Source: a virus (lineage: Duplodnaviria > Caudoviricetes). Taken from it: DNA of 36,165 nt. Within the stretch, counting starts at the first letter, position 1; each line of letters opens with the position of its first letter. The notes beneath the pieces were generated by a model, which was given only the letters and a program-made list of their open reading frames with translations, was not told where the DNA came from and did not search any database. Shown in pieces: positions 17,260-27,553 of the stretch. The stretch spans positions 1 to 36,165 of the IMG/VR virus record IMGVR_UViG_3300025030_000285, one strand, 5' to 3'. The translations under genes and the position numbers were made by a program.

Positions 17260-19157
17260 TTGTTTTGGAATATTTTCTTAGAAGCTCTGAAACTCAACTT
17301 TCCCAAAAAAAACTTGAAGGTTATTTAAAGTTGTCGGAAATAATACAATGGGGGAGAAAAGCACCAATTAAGTTTTGCGAGAGATTCATGGGAATTGAGT
17401 TCCTCGATGCACAAAAATATGCATTTATGAATTCTTGGTTAAAAGCATATAATCTTTGGTGTATTACTAGAAATGGCGGAAAATCAACCCTCGCCGCACC
17501 TTTTCTCATGTCAAAAGGAATACTAATACCTGGACACAACAGTTATATTCTAAGTAATGTTTCAGCGCAAAGTCAAGATACGTTTATGAAAATTGAAAAA
17601 ATAGCCAAGAAAGAAATTCAAAGTTTTGCAGGATTGACAGATTTTTTTATGGGAGAACTTGTTAAATCTACAGCTAATACGGATGGGTTTACTCATTCTC
17701 AATCTGGATTTAATTATAAACTATATAATGGCAGTTCCGTGACTAGTTTAAGTGGTGACATAACAAATAATAGAGGAAAAAGATCATCGTTAAATGTGTA
17801 TGATGAAAGTGGTTGGACGGAAGAAGAATATGTAGTAGCCACTATACCATTTTTGTTACAGAATTCTACTTTTAGGCTTGGTGGTGATTTAGATGTAACT
17901 ACTTATCCCCAACAAATACCTAATCAAAGATTGTTTATCTCGTCTGCGTCAAGCACAGATAGTTATTATTATGCCTTATATAAAGATTATGCAAAACGAA
18001 TGTTTTTAGGAGATAAGAATTATTTTGTATGTGATTTAAATTGTGAAATTATGATTAATGCTACTTATAATGGAAAATTATATCCTGTTCCACTTATTAA
18101 TAAAGATGAAATTGATGCAGAAATGAGAAAAAATAAAGAAAAAGCCATGAGAGAATTTTACAATAAATTTAGTCTTGATGGTGGAGATAAACAGGTTTTT
18201 AAAAGGGCAACAATTGTTAGAAATTCTCAATTAAGATTGCCAGTATTAAAAAATGATGATCGTGGAGAAAGAAAGTTTATAATAGCCTATGATCCAGCAC
18301 ATCAATATGACAACTCTGTTTGTTTAGTTGGAGAAGTAATTTTTGATGAAAATGTCGGAGAAAGATTAGAGATATGCAATGGAGTAAGTTTCGTAGATAT
18401 AGGTAAAAAGAAAAAAACACCTATGAGAACACCTGAGCAAATATCTTTAGTAAAACAAATGATATTGGATTATAATGGAAAAGGAAATCCAGACTATGAA
18501 AATATTGAATGTATACTAATCGATGCAGGTGCAGGTGGACACGGAACTACAATAGCAGATTATCTTATGGAGGATTGGAAAGATTCGAATGGTCTTAAAC
18601 ATAAAGGTTTTATTGATAAAGAGGAGTGTAAAGAACATATTCATAAATTTCCCAACGCTGTTGATAAATTAAAATTAATATCTCCACAAAAATATAAAAA
18701 AGAAATGTTTGACGCATTGTTAGAAATGAATAATTTAGATTTAATATCATTCACTAATGAATATGATTCAAAAGGATATTTATTATTGCCAAATTATACA
18801 GGAAAAATGATTGATGTAGAAGACGATGATGGTAACATAGTTAAAGAAAAAGAGATAATTTTTAAGAAATCCACTTTGGACTTTGAAGAAGAGTTAGCAT
18901 TAAAAAATATTGATTTAGCAAAAGAAGAATTGATTTATACCTACAGATACACAGGTAGCAATGAAAATTATAGATATGATTTAGCTAAAGACAAAGAAAA
19001 TGAATTAAATGATGATAGAGCTTATTGTTTAGCTTTATTAGGGTGGTATTTGAAACAAATTAGAAGAAAGAATATCACTAATAAAAAACGTCCAACAAAC
19101 ATCTCCCCCTCATCATACTTCGCAATAGCAAATAAATCAAGCAGAGCAAGAAAATAA
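17256..19157 (+). CDS. terL: Terminase large subunit
   Basis: Walker A TRNGGKST; NRGKR; Walker B VYDESG; ISSA coupling motif; RNase H-like AYDPA, IDAGAGG and DDRAY. Confidence 0.92.
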   Translation: MIVLEYFLRSSETQLSQKKLEGYLKLSEIIQWGRKAPIKFCERFMGIEFLDAQKYAFMNSWLKAYNLWCITRNGGKSTLAAPFLMSKGILIPGHNSYILSNVSAQSQDTFMKIEKIAKKEIQSFAGLTDFFMGELVKSTANTDGFTHSQSGFNYKLYNGSSVTSLSGDITNNRGKRSSLNVYDESGWTEEEYVVATIPFLLQNSTFRLGGDLDVTTYPQQIPNQRLFISSASSTDSYYYALYKDYAKRMFLGDKNYFVCDLNCEIMINATYNGKLYPVPLINKDEIDAEMRKNKEKAMREFYNKFSLDGGDKQVFKRATIVRNSQLRLPVLKNDDRGERKFIIAYDPAHQYDNSVCLVGEVIFDENVGERLEICNGVSFVDIGKKKKTPMRTPEQISLVKQMILDYNGKGNPDYENIECILIDAGAGGHGTTIADYLMEDWKDSNGLKHKGFIDKEECKEHIHKFPNAVDKLKLISPQKYKKEMFDALLEMNNLDLISFTNEYDSKGYLLLPNYTGKMIDVEDDDGNIVKEKEIIFKKSTLDFEEELALKNIDLAKEELIYTYRYTGSNENYRYDLAKDKENELNDDRAYCLALLGWYLKQIRRKNITNKKRPTNISPSSYFAIANKSSRARK

Positions 19158-19192
19158 CCAAAAATGAATAAAAAAAGAAAGGAGGTTCTTCC

Positions 19193-20788
19193 TTGCCAAA
19201 CCAAAACAATCAAAATAAACCCCTCTCCCCAAATCTTTTCGCATTAAAAGAATCATGGGAACCATCAAAATCTAAAAACTTCTCTCTATCTCGTATTGCT
19301 TCATTCTTCTCCAACAAAAGAAATACAAAAAACAACAAAAACATTACAATAGATAAAATAAAACTATGGTTAAATAATCCAATTAAATATCAAACAGAAA
19401 TTCTCGATTTATCCGATTTATTATATGTCCCTGAAGGGATCTATAAAACTCTAGTAAATTTAACATCAAATATGGCAACTTTAGATAATTATCTTCAACC
19501 AACAAAATCAACAATGAGAAAATTAAATTTAGAATTAAAAGCAAAAACTAAATTTGATGAATTAGGGAATCCAATTGATCAAGATGCATTTGATAAAATA
19601 CTAAACAACTTTGAAAATGAATTTGATACAGTTAGAGATTATATTGAGAATATTGATATAAAGAAAACTGGAAGAAGAATTATTGAAAGTATAGTTCGAT
19701 ATGGTGCATACTGTGGATTTGAGAAAAACGATGGAGATTTTCCTTATTTATGGGATTTGCCAATAAAGTATGTAAGATTGTATTCAATAAAAAGTGGACA
19801 ATATAAGGTTGAATTCAACTTCAAGTATTTTGATGATTTATCAAGAGATAATGAATTATCAGAATTTGCATGGGGAGTATATCCTGCTGAATTTAAGGTG
19901 TTATATGATAGATATAAGAAAAATCCAGATAAATTAAGATACCCTGAATGGCAACCATTACCTAGTGAAAAAGTATGTTGTATTAAATTAGGTGGAGATA
20001 ATGATACATTTTTCTTGCCTTTGTATAGTCAATTGTTTACAGAATTATTTTTGTTAAATGATTTGATTGATGAGGAGATTGAAAACTCGCGTGACGACAA
20101 AATTAAATTAATAAATATAGAATTTCCAAATCAAGAAGGTGTACCTTTGGTAGAACCAGAAATCGTTGCACAATGGGTTAACGTGGTAGCTTCGGGTGTT
20201 CCATCGTCCGTATCGGTTACGGGCTCTCCTTTTCCGTTAAAAGAGATTCCATTTAAATCTATACAAAATGAAAAAACAAATTTAGCTGAATTTGCAAAAT
20301 CAATGGCTTATATGCAAGCAGGAGCAAATCCTTTATTATTAGGTGGATCAAGCACAAATTCATCAGTAGGTGTAACTCAGAATTTAGTTTACATACAGTC
20401 TAATGTATTTAGTATATTAGATAAAATACAGAGTTGGTTTAATTATCGTATTAGTAATGTAAATTTGCGTAAAAAATACACATTTGAATTAAATATATGG
20501 AAAATCACTTGGTATAATAAAACTGAAGAGGTTGAAACCGAATATAAATTAACTACAATCGGAGGAAGTTTAGCTGTCTTATCCTCAAAGGTTGGACACA
20601 ATTTTGACTCTTATGACGCAACCTTACAATATGAAAATCTGACAAAAACTAAGGATAATTGGCGTGTTCCTAAAAATATGAATCAAACAGCAGGAAATGA
20701 TGATTCAGGTGGAAGACCAACTAAAGCAGATGGTGATTTAAGTAATTCTGGCACAATTAGTCGCGATAAGGAAAACAACAAACGATAA
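19193..20788 (+). CDS. Portal protein
   Basis: 531 aa immediately after terL; TTG start with AAAGGAGG; LPIKYVR and C-terminal GGRPT motifs typical of SPbeta-like portals. Confidence 0.8.
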   Translation: MPNQNNQNKPLSPNLFALKESWEPSKSKNFSLSRIASFFSNKRNTKNNKNITIDKIKLWLNNPIKYQTEILDLSDLLYVPEGIYKTLVNLTSNMATLDNYLQPTKSTMRKLNLELKAKTKFDELGNPIDQDAFDKILNNFENEFDTVRDYIENIDIKKTGRRIIESIVRYGAYCGFEKNDGDFPYLWDLPIKYVRLYSIKSGQYKVEFNFKYFDDLSRDNELSEFAWGVYPAEFKVLYDRYKKNPDKLRYPEWQPLPSEKVCCIKLGGDNDTFFLPLYSQLFTELFLLNDLIDEEIENSRDDKIKLINIEFPNQEGVPLVEPEIVAQWVNVVASGVPSSVSVTGSPFPLKEIPFKSIQNEKTNLAEFAKSMAYMQAGANPLLLGGSSTNSSVGVTQNLVYIQSNVFSILDKIQSWFNYRISNVNLRKKYTFELNIWKITWYNKTEEVETEYKLTTIGGSLAVLSSKVGHNFDSYDATLQYENLTKTKDNWRVPKNMNQTAGNDDSGGRPTKADGDLSNSGTISRDKENNKR

Positions 20789-20797
20789 AAAATTTTT

Positions 20798-20880
20798 GTG
20801 GCTAGGTCATGCAAACTGAAAAGAAGTTTCCCTGCTTCCTGCCACTTTTATAATTTAAGGGATTTCTATATGAAGGGAGA
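20798..20880 (+). promoter_or_regulatory. Structured leader with anti-SD loop (same motif as 7508)
   Basis: GTGGC/GCCAC outer stem; CTAG...GAAAAG...CCTG; loop TTCCCT is complementary to AGGGA 20858-20862 and to SD AGGGAG 20874-20879. Confidence 0.55.
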
Positions 20881-20887
20881 TATAATA

Positions 20888-22366
20888 TTGAGAAAAACAG
20901 ATTATTATGTAGTAAAACAATATGTAGAAGAATTAGGATATGATTTAATTAGTAAAGAATATTTAAATAATGCACAAAAATTGATTTTAAGAGACAAAGA
21001 TGGATATTATTATGTAATTCGTTGGGCAGATATTCTTAAAGGATATAAACCACGTTTTGTACATAAAGCTAATCCTTATTCTATTGATAATATTAAGTTA
21101 TTTTTAAAAATTAATAATTCTAAGTTAACTTTATTATCTGAAACATTTGAAGGTGAAGATGTTGATTTAAAATTATCTGATAACGAAGGATATTATTATT
21201 CATCTCCTTGGTGTAATATAAAAGAACTTAAAGGAATCGCCATTGTTTCTAAGATTAATACTTTCTCTAATCAAAATATTCAACTATTTTTAGATAAACG
21301 TAATATGAATTTTAAATTAATAAGTAGTTTTACAGATAGTAATATTAAACTAAATCTTATTGATAAATATGGTTATTTATTTAGTATTTCTTGGACTAAT
21401 CTACATGCTGGTAAAACTCCACAGTTTGTCGAGAAAAATAATCCACATTCAGTACATAATATTAAATTGTTTTTGAAAATAAATAACTATGATTTTACTT
21501 TATTGTCTGAAATATATGAAGGAGAAGACATCCCTCTAATTTTATTAGATAGTGAAGGGTATTATTATTCACAAACTTGGCGAACATTATTAAAACTTAC
21601 TCGTCAATTATTTGTTAGTGATACTAATACATATTCCACACAAAACATTATATTATTTTTAACTAAGAATAATTCAAAATTAGAACTTATAAGTAAATAT
21701 AAAAATAGTAAGACTAAACTAGTATTAAGGGATATCAACGGATATTTATATACCCAATCATGGGGAGATACACAATATTTAAGAATGCCTAGTCTAGCAT
21801 ACAAAGGTAATCCTTACTCAATCCAAAATATTAAGCTTTGGTGTAAATTAAATAATAAACCATATAAATTGTTAAGTATGAAATATATTAAAAATAATAA
21901 ATTATTATTATGGAAATGTTTAGATAATGATTGTGGTGAAGAATTTAAAATGTGTTGGGCAAATATTTCACAAGGTCAAAATTGCTCGAAATGCAAGTTA
22001 TCTAAAGGTGAGAGAAGAATAAGGAATTATTTAAAACAAAATTCAATTCCACATGACAAAGAGTATACTTTTGATAATTTAGTAGGATTAAGGGGTGGAT
22101 TGTTACGCTTTGACGTACCAATATTCTATGATGCAGATAGAACAAAATTAAAAATGCTTATTGAATTTGATGGTGAACAACATGATAAATGGGTTAATGG
22201 ATGGATGACAAAGAAAGAATTTAGAAGATTACAAATTCATGATAAATTGAAAGATGAATATTGTAAAAATAACAATATACGACTATTACGTATTAAATGG
22301 TGTGACTTTGATAACATAGAAGCAATCCTAACAAAAGAACTCAATATACTAGCAAAAGTATCATAA
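20888..22366 (+). CDS. Homing-endonuclease-like protein: five ~61-aa repeats + zinc ribbon + Vsr/DUF559-like nuclease
   Basis: Likely TTG start after GAAGGGAG; repeat L.S..Y....L.L.D..GY.Y...W......N..S..NI.LFL..NN; SKGE, RFD, IEFDGEQH, HDKLKDEYC. Confidence 0.8.
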   Translation: MRKTDYYVVKQYVEELGYDLISKEYLNNAQKLILRDKDGYYYVIRWADILKGYKPRFVHKANPYSIDNIKLFLKINNSKLTLLSETFEGEDVDLKLSDNEGYYYSSPWCNIKELKGIAIVSKINTFSNQNIQLFLDKRNMNFKLISSFTDSNIKLNLIDKYGYLFSISWTNLHAGKTPQFVEKNNPHSVHNIKLFLKINNYDFTLLSEIYEGEDIPLILLDSEGYYYSQTWRTLLKLTRQLFVSDTNTYSTQNIILFLTKNNSKLELISKYKNSKTKLVLRDINGYLYTQSWGDTQYLRMPSLAYKGNPYSIQNIKLWCKLNNKPYKLLSMKYIKNNKLLLWKCLDNDCGEEFKMCWANISQGQNCSKCKLSKGERRIRNYLKQNSIPHDKEYTFDNLVGLRGGLLRFDVPIFYDADRTKLKMLIEFDGEQHDKWVNGWMTKKEFRRLQIHDKLKDEYCKNNNIRLLRIKWCDFDNIEAILTKELNILAKVS

Positions 22367-22405
22367 ATCATTAGATAAAATTAATAGAAAGGTAATTATT
22401 ATAAA

Positions 22406-22582
22406 ATGAATTTCATTCACTGTTTTAATTTAGAACTAAAAAACAAATTACTTAAAGATGGATTTAAACTTTTATCTGAAAATAATAGATTCTCTATTTT
22501 TGAAAATAACCAATCATTAAATTTTAATTTTAATCAAATTGATAAAAAACAATTTGTATTTAGCAATAAAATGATATTCTAA
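22406..22582 (+). CDS. Small 58-aa protein missed by the ORF track
   Basis: MNFIHCFNLELKNKLLKDGFKLL...FVFSNKMIF*; RBS GAAAGGT; fills the gap before the protease gene. Confidence 0.7.
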   Translation: MNFIHCFNLELKNKLLKDGFKLLSENNRFSIFENNQSLNFNFNQIDKKQFVFSNKMIF

Positions 22583-22610
22583 TTTAATATTTGAAAGGAG
22601 GTGATAAATA

Positions 22611-24323
22611 TTGAGCGAAATAAAAGAATTACAAAACGTATCATTGGCAACAACATATGAAATAGACAATTCTTTTGATTCCGATAGGTTTATCAAAATG
22701 AGGTTAAGAATATGCCATGACGGTATTAATCCCAACTCTTCATTTTTTGAAGTTGAAAATATGGAAAAAGCTAAGGATTCTATTGTAAATATTCCTATTC
22801 TTGCAAATGTTATTTTTGATGAAAACAATGTACCCCAATTTGGCAGTCATGATATGGATATTGAAGAAAGTAAAATTGCTGAAGGAGAATATAAATTAAT
22901 CTATAAAGAAACACCTATTGGGCTTATCCCTTCAGATTGTAATTATACTATTGAAGAATTTAATGATAAAAATTATGTATTTGCTGATGGATACATATGG
23001 AAATCTTATTCAAATTATGCAGAAGATATAATTGAAAGAGATAAAGATATTAAATTATCAATGGAAATTTTAGTTGATTCTTTTGAATATAATTCCAAAG
23101 ATCAATATTATAAAATTAATGATTATAGATATTCTGGCATTACATTTTTAAATAATAATTTAGGAACAGGTATGGAAAATGCTTTAGCAACCACAAATTC
23201 ATTTGCACATAACAACTCAAAAGAAAAGTTTATTATTATGATGCAAGAGTTAAAAGATACTCTGGATCAATATAATATAAATAACCAAAATAACATCACA
23301 GAAGAAGGAGGTAAAGAGTTAGTGGATAACCAAGAAAAAATAGACTTATTGCAAAAATATAATCTTACTGTAGAAACTTTTTCATTTAATATTGATGAAT
23401 TAAGCTTAGAAGAAATTGAAAGTAAGATTAAAGAACAATTTTCTTTAAGTAACAGTCAACTAATGACAGAAATTGATAAAATACTTCAAACAATGACTGA
23501 AATGAAAAAGAATTATTGGGGAGAATTGGTAGAAAGACGTAGTTTTTATTTGATGGATTTAAAAGATGACAACGCTATTGTGGTTACAAATAGTTGGGAT
23601 ACATATTATGGTGTTCCATATAGTCTAAATGGGGATATTGTAACTCTGGATTTTGAAGCAAAGGCTGAATTTATTCCTGATTGGAGACCAAAACAAGCAG
23701 GGGATGCTTCTTTATTTACAAAAATAGATGAAGTTATAACTTCTGAGTTTGAACAAATTAAAGAAGAAACTGATTCTAAAATTACTGAGGCAAATGAAAA
23801 ATTCACTGCACTTGAATCAGAAAAAACTGAAATTCAGACAAAACTTGAAGCAATCACTATTGACTATGAAAAAGTTAAACCTGAATTAGAAGAAGTTCAA
23901 ACTAAATATTCTGCTTTAGAATCAAAAGTAACAGAATATGAAACAAGTATCTCTACTCTAACTGAACAATTCAACACAATTAAATCAGAAAATGAAACTC
24001 TTATTCAATCCAATCAATCTCTAGCAGAATTTAAATCTAACACAGAAATTGCCCAACAAGAAGCATTTGAGCAAAATCAAATTCAACTTAAAGCAGAATT
24101 AGTAGAAAATTTCTCTAAAGTATTGACCCTTGAAGAAGTAAAATCAGTACAAGATAAAGACCTTTCCACTGATGAAATGGAAAAGGAATTTAAGCTTCTT
24201 TATGCAGATAAAGATTTGCAAGTAAAATTTAATAAAAAACCTAAAAAAGTAGAAACAGAAATTCCAATAAATAGTTTTACTTGTAAGAAAAAAGATGATT
24301 GGACATCATGCATTAAAAAATAA
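22611..24323 (+). CDS. Prohead protease + scaffold (YonD-like)
   Basis: CHDGINPNSS, ETPIG, GYIWK.Y and LSMEI protease-like N-terminus; acidic coiled-coil C-terminus; lies between portal and capsid. Confidence 0.75.
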   Translation: MSEIKELQNVSLATTYEIDNSFDSDRFIKMRLRICHDGINPNSSFFEVENMEKAKDSIVNIPILANVIFDENNVPQFGSHDMDIEESKIAEGEYKLIYKETPIGLIPSDCNYTIEEFNDKNYVFADGYIWKSYSNYAEDIIERDKDIKLSMEILVDSFEYNSKDQYYKINDYRYSGITFLNNNLGTGMENALATTNSFAHNNSKEKFIIMMQELKDTLDQYNINNQNNITEEGGKELVDNQEKIDLLQKYNLTVETFSFNIDELSLEEIESKIKEQFSLSNSQLMTEIDKILQTMTEMKKNYWGELVERRSFYLMDLKDDNAIVVTNSWDTYYGVPYSLNGDIVTLDFEAKAEFIPDWRPKQAGDASLFTKIDEVITSEFEQIKEETDSKITEANEKFTALESEKTEIQTKLEAITIDYEKVKPELEEVQTKYSALESKVTEYETSISTLTEQFNTIKSENETLIQSNQSLAEFKSNTEIAQQEAFEQNQIQLKAELVENFSKVLTLEEVKSVQDKDLSTDEMEKEFKLLYADKDLQVKFNKKPKKVETEIPINSFTCKKKDDWTSCIKK

Positions 24324-24354
24324 ATTAAATTAATTAGAAGGAGGAAAATGAATA

Positions 24355-24906
24355 ATGGCTAATGTAAATAATGTAGTAACTGGTAGATATGGTATTGTAA
24401 ATCTTCGTAAAGTGGCAGGGGTTAAGACAGGGGAACATAACATTCAGTATGCTTTGAATGCAACTGATTTTGCTGCTACAGCTTGTCAAAATGGATTTCT
24501 TTTAGAGGAAGAACACTATACAAAAACTCTTGGTCTTCCTAGTGGCCCTACAATTAGATGTGGTTTGATAGCATGTGTAGAAAAAATGTATGATGAGAGC
24601 GATATGTCTCTTGGTAATTTCAAATTGAATTTGGGTGAATTTTTACCTCGTATTTATCGTTTTCATATTGGTGATATGTTTGATACCAATAACTTTAAAT
24701 ATGATGATGGTGATTATGCTGATTATGCTGCAATTGTAACCGCTATAGTTGCAGGTACTCCTGTATATGCTTATCCTTCCACTAATGGACAGATTGAATT
24801 AGAACCTATTCAAAACGCTGGTGCAGCAATCGAATTGCAAGCAACTAGAGTTGTGACTTTACCTGCAGGAGAATCTGCGCTTTGTTTCACATGTACAAAA
24901 GCTTAA
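24355..24906 (+). CDS. Putative capsid decoration/cement protein (YonC-like)
   Basis: 183 aa, Ala/Gly-rich; PRIYRFHIGDMFDTN; directly before the capsid gene; strong RBS. Confidence 0.6.
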   Translation: MANVNNVVTGRYGIVNLRKVAGVKTGEHNIQYALNATDFAATACQNGFLLEEEHYTKTLGLPSGPTIRCGLIACVEKMYDESDMSLGNFKLNLGEFLPRIYRFHIGDMFDTNNFKYDDGDYADYAAIVTAIVAGTPVYAYPSTNGQIELEPIQNAGAAIELQATRVVTLPAGESALCFTCTKA

Positions 24907-24949
24907 TAAATAATAATATTTAATAATTAGAAGGAGGAATTAAATTAAC

Positions 24950-25951
24950 ATGGAAAGAAAATATTTTGAGTTAGCAAAACAAGCATATAATCGTAAAGAT
25001 ACTATAGAAAATGGGGTTACTTACACTTCAGACGAAAAGAATAGTGCATTAAGAGATGCTTTTAAAGAACTGGTTCCAGATGATAAAAATAGATATAGAA
25101 GTTTTCGTAAGAATAGAGAAGAAATTTTTGAACTTGTTGAGGATAATGTTGATGAAATACTTCCAAAGAGAGTTGACGATGCTTACGGTGGTTTTGTTGA
25201 GTATCAAATTTTAGGTCAGGGACAAAAACCTAAATTTAAAACAAAAAAAGGAAAGAGGGGATTACTCAACTTTATTACGAAAGTTGGTTTAGGTGGAGAG
25301 ATTGAAAGAACTAGATTAGATGTTGACTATATTAATATGACAATGGAAGCGTATGGCGGTGCTGTGTACATAGAATTCGAGCAATTTTTAGACGGATTCA
25401 TGGACTGGACAGATTTAATTAATGCTATAGTAGATGGTATTATGGAAAAAATAAATATTCAAATTCAGACTACTTTAATTGCTTCTTTTACTGGTCTTTC
25501 CAGTAATATGAAAGTTATTGCAAATGCGTTTGTTCCTAGTCAAATGGGTAGTCTTATTGCTAATGTTCAATCTTATGGTGATAACGTTGTAATTTTCTGT
25601 ACTCCTACATTTGCAGGAACAATCGAAGAAACTCTTGGTTTTATAACAGATATGGACAAAACGGAACGTAGGGAATTTGGAAGAATTGGTAAATTTAGAG
25701 GTGCAAGTGTTGTTGTACTACCTAATGCCTTTGCTGATGATACTAATTCTAGTAAGGTATTGAGTGATCAATATGCAATAGTAGTAGCGACAAACGAGGC
25801 AAAAATCGTCAAAATTGCTTTTGAAGGAGAGACTATTGTAAAGGAAACCGAAAACTCAGACAATAGTTTAGAATTTAAATCTTATAAAAAATTTGGAGTT
25901 ACAATAATTTATTCTAATTACTATAGTATGTATAAAAATAGTTCGCTTTAA
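24950..25951 (+). CDS. Major capsid protein
   Basis: 333 aa; strong RBS AAGGAGG; IFELVEDNVDEILP, GRIGKFRGASVVVLPNAF, YKKFGV; followed by a strong hairpin. Confidence 0.85.
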   Translation: MERKYFELAKQAYNRKDTIENGVTYTSDEKNSALRDAFKELVPDDKNRYRSFRKNREEIFELVEDNVDEILPKRVDDAYGGFVEYQILGQGQKPKFKTKKGKRGLLNFITKVGLGGEIERTRLDVDYINMTMEAYGGAVYIEFEQFLDGFMDWTDLINAIVDGIMEKINIQIQTTLIASFTGLSSNMKVIANAFVPSQMGSLIANVQSYGDNVVIFCTPTFAGTIEETLGFITDMDKTERREFGRIGKFRGASVVVLPNAFADDTNSSKVLSDQYAIVVATNEAKIVKIAFEGETIVKETENSDNSLEFKSYKKFGVTIIYSNYYSMYKNSSL

Positions 25952-25958
25952 TAAATAA

Positions 25959-26005
25959 TATTGGAATAAGAGAGTTGAATTTGATTTTCCTCTCTTATTC
26001 CAATA
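25959..26005 (+). terminator. 16-bp hairpin after the capsid gene
   Basis: TATTGGAATAAGAGAG 25959-25974 / CTCTCTTATTCCAATA 25990-26005. Confidence 0.7.
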
Positions 26006-26028
26006 CTTAATTTTGAAATAAAAAAGGA

Positions 26029-26544
26029 ATGGTTAAAATGGCAAAAACAATTGATTATAAATCAACAGATCCAGATCCAGATACAAAAGTTAAAATTATT
26101 AGTAATACACATAGTAAAATTTATTGGATTCAGTTAAATAGCAGACCTATAAATTTATTAAGGATTGGTACACCTGCCTCCTTGTCATATTTAGAATTGG
26201 AAAATATGGCATACACAAGTGATTTAATTCAAACTGGTGATGTTTATGTGGCAGATAAAAATGTGTTTGAAGCATTACAACTTCAAAATGTAAAATATGA
26301 AGATATAAAATTATCTTCAGAGTTAAAGAAAATGCTCTCTTTAAGTTCGGAAGAATTAAAAGAGGAAATGCAAAAATTACCAGAAGGAAATAAAGAATTA
26401 TTAGCTGAATTAGCTCTTGCAAATTATAGTGATTTAAAAGGATCTGTAATTGATGTAATTGAAGAAGAAACAAATATTAAAGTAACATTAGTTAAAGAAG
26501 ATGAGAAAGCAAATAAAGAAAATCAAAAGAAAAATACTAAGTAA
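26029..26544 (+). CDS. Hypothetical head-associated protein (YonA-like)
   Basis: 171 aa; synteny after the capsid gene. Confidence 0.65.
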   Translation: MVKMAKTIDYKSTDPDPDTKVKIISNTHSKIYWIQLNSRPINLLRIGTPASLSYLELENMAYTSDLIQTGDVYVADKNVFEALQLQNVKYEDIKLSSELKKMLSLSSEELKEEMQKLPEGNKELLAELALANYSDLKGSVIDVIEEETNIKVTLVKEDEKANKENQKKNTK

Positions 26545-26550
26545 AGGTGT

Positions 26551-27000
26551 GTGATAAATAAAATGTCCACATCATACGATTTAATTTTTCCAAAATTCAT
26601 GCATGAAATTAATGATTTTGACCTAACATCTTTGAACGAATCACAAATGAAAGTAGAAAATAAATTAACCCTATCTAAAGCTGTGACATTATTTAAAAAA
26701 TGTAAACAAGTTTTAACCAGAGATGATACTACTGAAACATTTACAAATACATTAACTGAAGAAGAGATGTGGATTTTAGCAGATTATATGCGTAAAGTTT
26801 GGTTAGATGAGAAAATAAATAATGGCGAATTATTAAAACTTAGATTAACAGATAAGGATTTTAAAACATTCAGTCCTGCTGATCAATTAGGGACTATGAA
26901 TAAAATTAAAACTGTATATGATAAAGAATTAAAATTAAAAGTTAATGATTATTTGTATGACGGTTATTTATATTCTAAGTTTTATAAAAGTGGGAATTAG
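26551..27000 (+). CDS. Putative head-tail connector
   Basis: TSYDLIF..F, LTEEEMWILADYM..VWL and DFKTFSPADQL patterns; synteny. True start may be ATG 26563. Confidence 0.6.
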   Translation: MINKMSTSYDLIFPKFMHEINDFDLTSLNESQMKVENKLTLSKAVTLFKKCKQVLTRDDTTETFTNTLTEEEMWILADYMRKVWLDEKINNGELLKLRLTDKDFKTFSPADQLGTMNKIKTVYDKELKLKVNDYLYDGYLYSKFYKSGN

Positions 27001-27038
27001 TATTAGAGAAAAGATATTTAATATAAGGAGGTTGAAAA

Positions 27039-27422
27039 ATGAGTGAATTTAATTATAAAGTAGTTTCGGAATCAGAATTAAATGTACTTGATGGACTTAC
27101 TGTTACAACTGCTAAAATTAATTTATTGACACAAGGAGTTGCATCAGGTTATAAAATTGCACGAGGAGTTGCTACTATTGGGGCAGCCAGTGTAGATGTT
27201 GTAACAGGATTAGCATCTGTTGTTGGGGTTGTTGTTAGTTTGGTCGGAGATCCAAGTCTGACACATATGTATAGTACATGTACGGTTGGTGATCAAGCAG
27301 GCGCACCTGCCAGTGGTTCAATAAGGATAAAATCTTGGAAACCTACGGCGGTAGGAGATGTTACGCCTGTGGTTTCGACCTCACCCTTCGCCAATGTAAG
27401 TTGGATCGCAATCGGTACTTAA
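27039..27422 (+). CDS. Small virion protein, fibre/decoration-like
   Basis: Ala/Gly/Val/Thr-rich; ELNVLDGLTVTTAKINLL; ends VSWIAIGT like gp53/H-lectin-type fibre tips. Confidence 0.55.
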   Translation: MSEFNYKVVSESELNVLDGLTVTTAKINLLTQGVASGYKIARGVATIGAASVDVVTGLASVVGVVVSLVGDPSLTHMYSTCTVGDQAGAPASGSIRIKSWKPTAVGDVTPVVSTSPFANVSWIAIGT

Positions 27423-27456
27423 ATAATATTTTCCTTAACTAAATATCTAGTACATT

Positions 27457-27478
27457 GTTAGAGAATTAATTCTCTAAC
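27457..27478. terminator. Perfect 22-bp palindrome (terminator or operator)
   Basis: GTTAGAGAATTAATTCTCTAAC followed by T-rich sequence. Confidence 0.55.
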
Positions 27479-27553
27479 TTATTTATTTATGGGGTATTTT
27501 AAGGAGTGTAAGCCTTAGTACCTCCTTCAATTTATTAGTGATTGGAGGAGAAA

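Noticed and set aside
20798-20887. ORF-track N-terminal extensions (also 3274, 4390, 14564 and 27542)
   Set aside because: They run through leader hairpins and SD sequences; downstream starts have proper RBSs.
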